Program-made: the position numbers and the translations under genes
The notes under the pieces: generated by a model
The model's input: only the letters and a program-made list of their open reading frames with translations
Told to the model about the DNA's origin: nothing
Databases searched by the model: none
DNA from: Auanema rhodensis
Taxonomy: Eukaryota; Animalia; Nematoda
Direction: 5' to 3'
Assembly (NCBI GenBank): GCA_964057225.1
Contig: OZ059895.1
Span: 12,028,001-12,092,000 of the forward strand
DNA: 64,000 bases
Part shown: positions 58,601-64,000 of the stretch, in pieces
Position numbering within the stretch: the first letter of the stretch is position 1
How the letters are laid out: each line of letters begins with the position of its first letter

Positions 58601-61600
58601 GTGTGGATGGGTGAGTGGGCGTGTATTAATTATAGCTTCTATTTTTACAATGGCTGTGTGTAAGTCATCCAGGGACATTCGACTAGGAATGAAACATTTT
58701 TTGAGTGAAGCTTTGGTTACACCTACTAAACGTTCCCAACATCCACCTTTCCAGGGTGATAATGGAGTGTTGTATATCCATTTAATTTTTTGTTGTGCTA
58801 GTGTGTTTAGTAAGCTTCTTTCGTTGTAATCCGATGTTTTTTCAAGGGTTTCTAATATTTTTGAGCTCAATATGAAGTTTCCTGCGCAGTCACTACGCAT
58901 AATTTCTGGAGTACCTCTGCGTGATATAAATCTAGTGAATGCATTCATAAAAGCAACTGTGGATTGATTGGTGACTACCTCTAAGTGAATTGCTCTAGTT
59001 GTCATGCATGTAAACAGACAGATATGGACTTTAGACCCATTTCGAAGGGTGAAGGGGCCCATAAGATCACACCCTGTTGAAAAGAATGCTCTTGTAAGAA
59101 TCGTTCTATCTTTTGGTAGCGATGGCATATCTGGTAATTCATAAGGGTGTGATTGAAATCTTTTACATGTCACACAGTTTTTCAATGTTTGCTTAATGAC
59201 TCCGGTTATTTTTGGTATATAGAACTTTTGTCTGAGTTGAATAAGCGTGAAATGTTTGCCTTGATGATTATTGTCTTTGTGTATTTTGTTGATCAGTTTT
59301 TTAACTATGGGGTTTGTTTTAAGAAGGAATATAGGGTTTTTCGTCTCTTCGGGAAGAAGAGTATTTTGTAAACGGCTTCTTACGCGATAAATATCCCATG
59401 TATCTTTGAAGAATTTTAGATTTATATGTCTTTGCTGTAAGTCATCAAGGCTCATATTAGATTGACTGTTACTGATCAAAATTTTTTCAATAATGTTGAT
59501 GTCTTCAACAGTGTGCGTGTCTGTTGATGTGAGATGTTTTATTTTTTGCAACTTGTTGGCGTCGTTAGGATGGACTGTGAAAAACCATTTCTTGAATAAT
59601 TTCCCTACGGTTGTCATTGTTTTGATCACGTCATCATAGTTTTCACGAATGTTCCAAATATCATGGGTTGGAGGATTGTCTATGATTATGTGGACAACAT
59701 TGTGATGCTCCGATTTAAATTCTGCGTTATTCCTGCTCGAGTTGTTAGGTGAGCCGAGTGATGTCAGAGGGTTATGCACGGAAAGTTTAGTTAACCAATG
59801 TGGGCCTTCAATCCAGTCGGAAACTTGTAGTTTTTCCATGTCTGCACCTCGAGATCCGATGTCTGCTGTGTTGAACGAGGTTTGTACGTGATATAGTTCT
59901 ATATTGCAACATATTTGTTCGATTTGCTTGAGCTGTTTTTTTATAGTATTTGTTTGATTATTAATGAACAGTGGGAGAGATTTTTGTGAGACAATCCATG
60001 ATAGTGCGATGTTGCTATCGCTCACAATGTTAACTTTCGCTATTTTCGAACATATGGTGACGATAGATAATGCCATTCGTACAGCTAAACGAATGGCTAG
60101 TAACTCTAATCGTGGAATTGTAGTTTTATTTTTGGGTGCTATGCGTGATTTCCCGTTTAGCAGAGAACTAATCTTCCCATTTGTTTGGAAATATGAACAA
60201 GCGGCCATTGCTTGGTTGCTTGCGTCAGCGAAGACCCATAACTGTGTTTCATGTTCAGAAAACTTAAAATATCTGTTCATGGTTAATTGCTTATTGTTAA
60301 TCTGAGTAATATGTTGTTCCCATTGCTTGATACTGTTTGAGTCAATGGGTTGGTCCCATGATAATTTTGTGCTAATGATTTCTCGCAAGATAAGTTTGAG
60401 GGGTAACAGTATTGGTGCTGATAATCCAATGGGATCAAATATTGAATGTAACTGACTGAGTAGAATTCTCTTGGTGTAACTTGTGTGAGTCGTTGTTATT
60501 TTTATTGGGATAATGAAGGAGTCGTGTTCTTTATTAAAAGATATGCCAAGTATTTTGGTTGTCATGTTCGGATATCTGTCTTCTTCAGGAAGGTTCTGTA
60601 TTACTTGTTCATCGTTTGACAAGAATTCGCGAACATGCATGTTTATTTCTGAGAATAGTGTTTGGGTTTCTTTACATTTCTTTATAGCTTCTTCGGTTGT
60701 ATTTGCTGTAAGAATGATATTGTCGACGTATAAGTTGTGCAGGATTTCCATAGCTAATGGGTTGTCTACTTTTGATTCTAAGAACCATTTTATGCCCATG
60801 TTCAATACGCTGGGGGATGCAGTGATACCGAATGGTAATCTGTTGAATCGAAGGGTTATGATATTATTGTGTGATATTGGGTATTCTTTGTTTTTTATCC
60901 AAAAGAATTTGCATAAATTCTTGTGATTTTCTGTCAATTGTACTTGTAGAAATGCGGCTTTAATATCGCATGTTATTATTATTGGTCTTGTTCTGCAGGA
61001 GATCATGATGTCGTGTATATATGTGATAAATGATCGTCCTGTGTGTATTATCTCATTCAACGATGGGCTATCCTTCTGTTTAGCGGAGGCGTCAAAAACG
61101 ATTCTGAGAGGGTTAGCCTTGCTGGGCTTCCAAACCCCATGGTGGGGCATATAAAACTCTAAAGGCTCCTGGTGATTGTTGGGAATTTGTTCGACAATGT
61201 TATCTTTGAGGTAACTTTCAATGGTTGTAGTATAGTGTGAGAGCATTTCTGGATTGTGCAGTAACTTTCGCCATAGGGATACGAATCTATGGTACGCGGG
61301 CATTTTGTTGTTTTTAAGATTTTTGAAGTTATTTTTTAACGGGAACGGTGCAATAATACGGTTGTTCTCAATTTTTATATCTTTTGAGTATTCTTCATAG
61401 TAATCAATAGTGCGGTCTGCGTTGGCATTTTCTGTATTGATGCCGATAGAATCCAGTTCAAACAGATTAGTGAGGAGTTCTTTATGAGAGGTTTCTTTTG
61501 TTATTTCTTCTACTGTAGAGCATAATATTACTTCTTGTTGTGTATTATCATCGGGAAGAGGAGCTTCTCCATGTATCATGTGGCCGAATACCGAGTTTTT

Positions 61601-63631
61601 CAATCTCATACGTGAGGGGAGTTCGGTTTCTTCGTTTAAGTGCATGAATAGTTTGTATCTATCCATACCTATCAGTATATCCGGAGTAAATGATTCTCCG
61701 TTTGTTTTTGGATTGGCTAATTTAATTTTTCTTCTTTGTATGAATTTTAAGTCTTCATTAGATAGTTTAGGACACCGTATAGGTGTGGTTAACATGGGTT
61801 TTGTGAATAGTTTTGTTACGATAAGGGATCCAGTTGAGGTTCCAATAATTACCTTAACATCTTCAACTTCATGTGTTTCTGATAATGCTCCAATGCCGTA
61901 AAAGGTTCTCTTCTGAGAACCAAGAATGGGCAGTCCTAATCTTGTAGATAGGTCCTTGGATATAAAAGATCTCATGGATCCTTCATCTATGAGCATGCGT
62001 ACTTGCTCATATTTTTTACTATTGTGGTTGTATATGTTCGCCATTGCTGTTCGTAATATTACTTGACTTTCTTCAATATTATGTGTGTCAGCAATGTGAT
62101 TAAGCGATACTGGTGCATTAAGTGCCTCAGTAGGGATTCGATTATTAGTGTCAGATTCTTGTTTATATTCTGTTGTTTTTTTATTCAATAATTCTTCTGT
62201 GGTGATCAGTAAAGCCTGATCTTTTTTAATTGTGGGAGTTTCTTTATCTTTTTGGATATTTTGTACATTTTTTCTTCCTTGTGAGCACAAGGCGGAATTA
62301 TGATCTCCTTGGCAATTGCGACATTTTTGTTTTCTGCATTCCGAACTTTTGTGTTTATCGGAAAAGCAAATCCAACAGATGGCCTTTCCGCGAATGCGGT
62401 ACCTTCTTTTCTCTGGTGTTTCAAATGTGGTGCATTGATAAAAACGATGCTCGGATGAGTCGCAAAAGACACATGGCCAAGTTTGGGTTTTCCGTTGTTC
62501 TACGGAGTTTTCTTTATGTGCTACAGATGTGACATTCTCTTTGTGATTTCGAAACTTTTGTTCATGACTATTTCTTGTTTGTTCTCTTAGAATAAACGAA
62601 TAGATTTTGTGGTCTACAGCTGCCAGCATTTCTTTAGTAGAATGGTAGTTGTTTGGATGAATTAAAATGTCTTCCACGATGTGGTATGGGAATTTGTTGA
62701 GAATCATCGCGGTACACATTTCGCGGGATACTGTAGCTCCGGCTGCTTCAATTTGCCTGATAAGTGCCTTGGTTTCTCCAAATGTTTCTTTGCATGCTTT
62801 TGCATTATTGCTTGCAAATCTCAAATTACGTAGTTGTGTTAAAAGAGAGTTGATATCCGACGAATAGTCTCCAAATTCAGAAACTAATGCTTCACGCATA
62901 AGCTCATAATTTTGAGCAGAGGGTTCTATTCCTCTGATTGCTATTTGTGAATCGCCTTTGAGGCTTTCACAGAGTAGGTTTACCTTTTCTAAGGTTGTAA
63001 ACTGTTCATTATCATGAACAAGTCTATCAAAACGGCCCCAGAATGATTTGAAGTTCTCTGGTTTGCCATCAAATGTAGGTAGCGACATCGCTGGTTTTTG
63101 GATACTAGTTTGTTGGATGTGTAGGAATGACTTGATAATTTCCAGAAATTGATCATTCGATTTGTTTTCTGTTTCATTGTTTTCTGTTGAGCGATTGCTG
63201 TTGTGCTCAGATTCATTCTTATGAAGCGTTTTTCTCAGCTTTCTAAGTATGCGTTCGGCTTTCATGATGTGTTCGTCAAGCTCAATAATGGCGTTTTGAA
63301 CCTTTTTAATGTTGGGTTCAAAGTCTTCATCGGATGTGAAGGCGATGTACTGTTCGTCTAATGCTTTACGAAGCGTTTTGTCTGATGCTTCGTAAAATTT
63401 TTGGAATTTTTTCTCGTTATCTTGATGATTTTTCAACGATTCTTTGAATTGGTGTTGGACTTTTGTCCAGCGAATGATAAGGCAAGAGAGGGTTTCCTCT
63501 TCTTCCTCAGTGTGGAAGTCGCAATCTACCAGAATACCAGGAAGGTCCTGCACTTCCATCTCGTATCGTGTAAGTAATTCTCCGAGAAACTGGTTAGACT
63601 GTTTGATATGATTGACAAAAAGGAGTGACAT
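55700..63631 (-). CDS. BEL/Pao Gag-Pol-Env polyprotein, 2643 aa
   Basis: LPTFDG gag, three CCHC knuckles, LIDEGS protease, RIVFDAS and YVDN RT, FADAS RNase H, H-H-C-C plus D/SD/WERLVG integrase, C-terminal Cys-rich Gc-like domain (GCYSC..GA) and TM. Confidence 0.96.
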   Translation of the reverse strand: MSLLFVNHIKQSNQFLGELLTRYEMEVQDLPGILVDCDFHTEEEEETLSCLIIRWTKVQHQFKESLKNHQDNEKKFQKFYEASDKTLRKALDEQYIAFTSDEDFEPNIKKVQNAIIELDEHIMKAERILRKLRKTLHKNESEHNSNRSTENNETENKSNDQFLEIIKSFLHIQQTSIQKPAMSLPTFDGKPENFKSFWGRFDRLVHDNEQFTTLEKVNLLCESLKGDSQIAIRGIEPSAQNYELMREALVSEFGDYSSDINSLLTQLRNLRFASNNAKACKETFGETKALIRQIEAAGATVSREMCTAMILNKFPYHIVEDILIHPNNYHSTKEMLAAVDHKIYSFILREQTRNSHEQKFRNHKENVTSVAHKENSVEQRKTQTWPCVFCDSSEHRFYQCTTFETPEKRRYRIRGKAICWICFSDKHKSSECRKQKCRNCQGDHNSALCSQGRKNVQNIQKDKETPTIKKDQALLITTEELLNKKTTEYKQESDTNNRIPTEALNAPVSLNHIADTHNIEESQVILRTAMANIYNHNSKKYEQVRMLIDEGSMRSFISKDLSTRLGLPILGSQKRTFYGIGALSETHEVEDVKVIIGTSTGSLIVTKLFTKPMLTTPIRCPKLSNEDLKFIQRRKIKLANPKTNGESFTPDILIGMDRYKLFMHLNEETELPSRMRLKNSVFGHMIHGEAPLPDDNTQQEVILCSTVEEITKETSHKELLTNLFELDSIGINTENANADRTIDYYEEYSKDIKIENNRIIAPFPLKNNFKNLKNNKMPAYHRFVSLWRKLLHNPEMLSHYTTTIESYLKDNIVEQIPNNHQEPLEFYMPHHGVWKPSKANPLRIVFDASAKQKDSPSLNEIIHTGRSFITYIHDIMISCRTRPIIITCDIKAAFLQVQLTENHKNLCKFFWIKNKEYPISHNNIITLRFNRLPFGITASPSVLNMGIKWFLESKVDNPLAMEILHNLYVDNIILTANTTEEAIKKCKETQTLFSEINMHVREFLSNDEQVIQNLPEEDRYPNMTTKILGISFNKEHDSFIIPIKITTTHTSYTKRILLSQLHSIFDPIGLSAPILLPLKLILREIISTKLSWDQPIDSNSIKQWEQHITQINNKQLTMNRYFKFSEHETQLWVFADASNQAMAACSYFQTNGKISSLLNGKSRIAPKNKTTIPRLELLAIRLAVRMALSIVTICSKIAKVNIVSDSNIALSWIVSQKSLPLFINNQTNTIKKQLKQIEQICCNIELYHVQTSFNTADIGSRGADMEKLQVSDWIEGPHWLTKLSVHNPLTSLGSPNNSSRNNAEFKSEHHNVVHIIIDNPPTHDIWNIRENYDDVIKTMTTVGKLFKKWFFTVHPNDANKLQKIKHLTSTDTHTVEDINIIEKILISNSQSNMSLDDLQQRHINLKFFKDTWDIYRVRSRLQNTLLPEETKNPIFLLKTNPIVKKLINKIHKDNNHQGKHFTLIQLRQKFYIPKITGVIKQTLKNCVTCKRFQSHPYELPDMPSLPKDRTILTRAFFSTGCDLMGPFTLRNGSKVHICLFTCMTTRAIHLEVVTNQSTVAFMNAFTRFISRRGTPEIMRSDCAGNFILSSKILETLEKTSDYNERSLLNTLAQQKIKWIYNTPLSPWKGGCWERLVGVTKASLKKCFIPSRMSLDDLHTAIVKIEAIINTRPLTHPHPDNLDTLPIRPIDFLTSAIKFSLPENNADTHIFDIHSDIQTIQSTEQALEALQLSEDSASKFWKRFQEEYLTSLKDIFKHKHHRKNHTNIFPQPDEIVLIQNDMLPRGTWKLGRIIETITSSDGNIRSAKVATSNGNIIIRSINQLYPLEIRCNTNSNKIIEDNSHIVQENNSSTDRTPHTDIVLDNILFDHPIEHTDQTIHENKDINDVSHNYDIAYESDNSQHDNTYTPETENNEDATNDRPQNKTKQSSVKTAKHTEQDDVTEKEIIKAFPLKMSYATHQRKNKINPKVAADIMKALSLPIIITSTYAEEINSCKDSNMFTTKLIANPHCSPEMATWTVIITIMAVTLIVSCLCRMGYSQYRYKTWSRNTQIMLNTMKSKHKTISVQKDHETDQKITENHNDTLQLKQTNTQDVNIVKHETSQKHIYPILNHTRRPPKFFLFTRGLQSSLPSLLAIILAFCIGSCSSCSDVHVQHFVNIRCDENLVCYHEYSQDIIFSPGTKQLCINIIHSNHEIGQFKITKLYTEHVCRKNIRYFTRQTTVNILSILRCRHRGSCNGTCETNSLHNKIKELQPYTFPSQSGCFTSSARFYTCPMIWTDPCLFYKIEHIPITEEVYEVYTCDSWFTQTVFNIETTLLQQKNNYNITLQLYTKNREQLFNITTLSQSQPPPEMYTKLFFSSKENTYITDIHTKGIVQCATEEAALKHFNNCTVSSFCPCTFNRLDEIKCRCDTPTFEKMSNTSDMRSPNRNFKTKENTLSFSTNLDESLVTVDSSLFLNSVIFSNNLPCAPALTKLSGCYSCGQGAFAEFQCLTAEETWVSIECQKEVFMIKCSPKVAITKVTMKRENSQIDELCYTTCDNKKIKIIIKGILHHIASIDEINESDSSKGTESKSIDFAPIFKLILSKLGIILIGVAITATIGYVACTPMIYFVLLNTVLAIQWMAKRMIAIYRNFTASLRDQRF

Positions 63632-63890
63632 TTTTGTCGTAGATGTAGGAATAATGCTTATATTCTTTTTACTTTCTCTTTTTTTTTGTTTGTTTGGTGA
63701 TCACAGTATATGTGATAGTGAATCTCTGTTTCTGTCTGCAGAGTTTGCTTATGGTTCAAGTCTTTTTGGTGTGACTTGACGTGGACTAATGGTTGCCACG
63801 ATTTCTATTAAGTATGTTTTTTGCTCAAACACGCTTGGTTTGAGCTGTATCTCACCTGCCACGCGGGACTTGAAGCGGCTAAGATCTGAA

Positions 63891-63905
63891 CTAGCCGATG
63901 CACCA
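63891..63905 (-). promoter_or_regulatory. tRNA-Gly primer binding site
   Basis: TGGTGCATCG 3 nt inside the LTR end, complementary to ...CGATGCA-CCA of tRNA-Gly(GCC). Confidence 0.8.
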
Positions 63906-63908
63906 ATT

Positions 63909-64000
63909 TGTGGCGTTATACCGCAAGTGTATAGTATGGTTGGAAATAAAACACAAAGCGAATATGTAGAAAAGGGTTTATTGATGAATTAACAAGACAA
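63909..64000 (-). repeat. 5' LTR of the BEL/Pao element (partial)
   Basis: Identical to 54472-54563. Confidence 0.92.

Larger units (their letters stand above)
54472..64000 (-). mobile_element. BEL/Pao LTR retroelement with phlebovirus Gc-like env; 5' LTR runs off the window
   Basis: 3' LTR 54472-54908 (TGTCGCG...CGCCACA on the minus strand), repeated from 63909; tRNA-Gly PBS; single gag-pol-env ORF. Confidence 0.95.

Overview
AT-rich eukaryotic DNA, almost certainly a nematode (the 5S sequence is close to the C. elegans type; short GT-AG introns). The backbone is a tandem 5S rDNA array. I count 46 uninterrupted 119-nt 5S copies in 529-531 bp units and 24 deleted 399-bp units that keep only the first ~32 nt of 5S. 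The units form higher-order repeats, one of which is made of probable pseudogenes, and no SL1 gene is linked. Four mobile elements interrupt the array. (1) An 11.75-kb Ty3/gypsy-type element (2001-13752) with an unusual order: gag, internal signal peptide, class III (rhabdovirus G / herpesvirus gB-like) envelope, TM, then PR-RT-RH-IN, followed by an unknown helical accessory ORF. It has TG...CG ends, a 4-bp TSD and a tRNA-Gln PBS. (2) A 4.17-kb non-autonomous relative (19884-24049, minus strand) that lost gag/env/pol but kept the accessory ORF intact and the cis RNA structures. (3) A 3.77-kb Mutator-like DNA transposon inside a 5S coding sequence (50240-54013). (4) A BEL/Pao element with a phlebovirus Gc-like class II envelope and a 3' zinc-knuckle ORF (54472 to beyond 64000, minus strand). 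All three LTR elements sit 54-89 bp upstream of the 5S +1 position, which suggests Pol III-linked targeting. Protein family calls come from motif recognition by eye; no searches were run.
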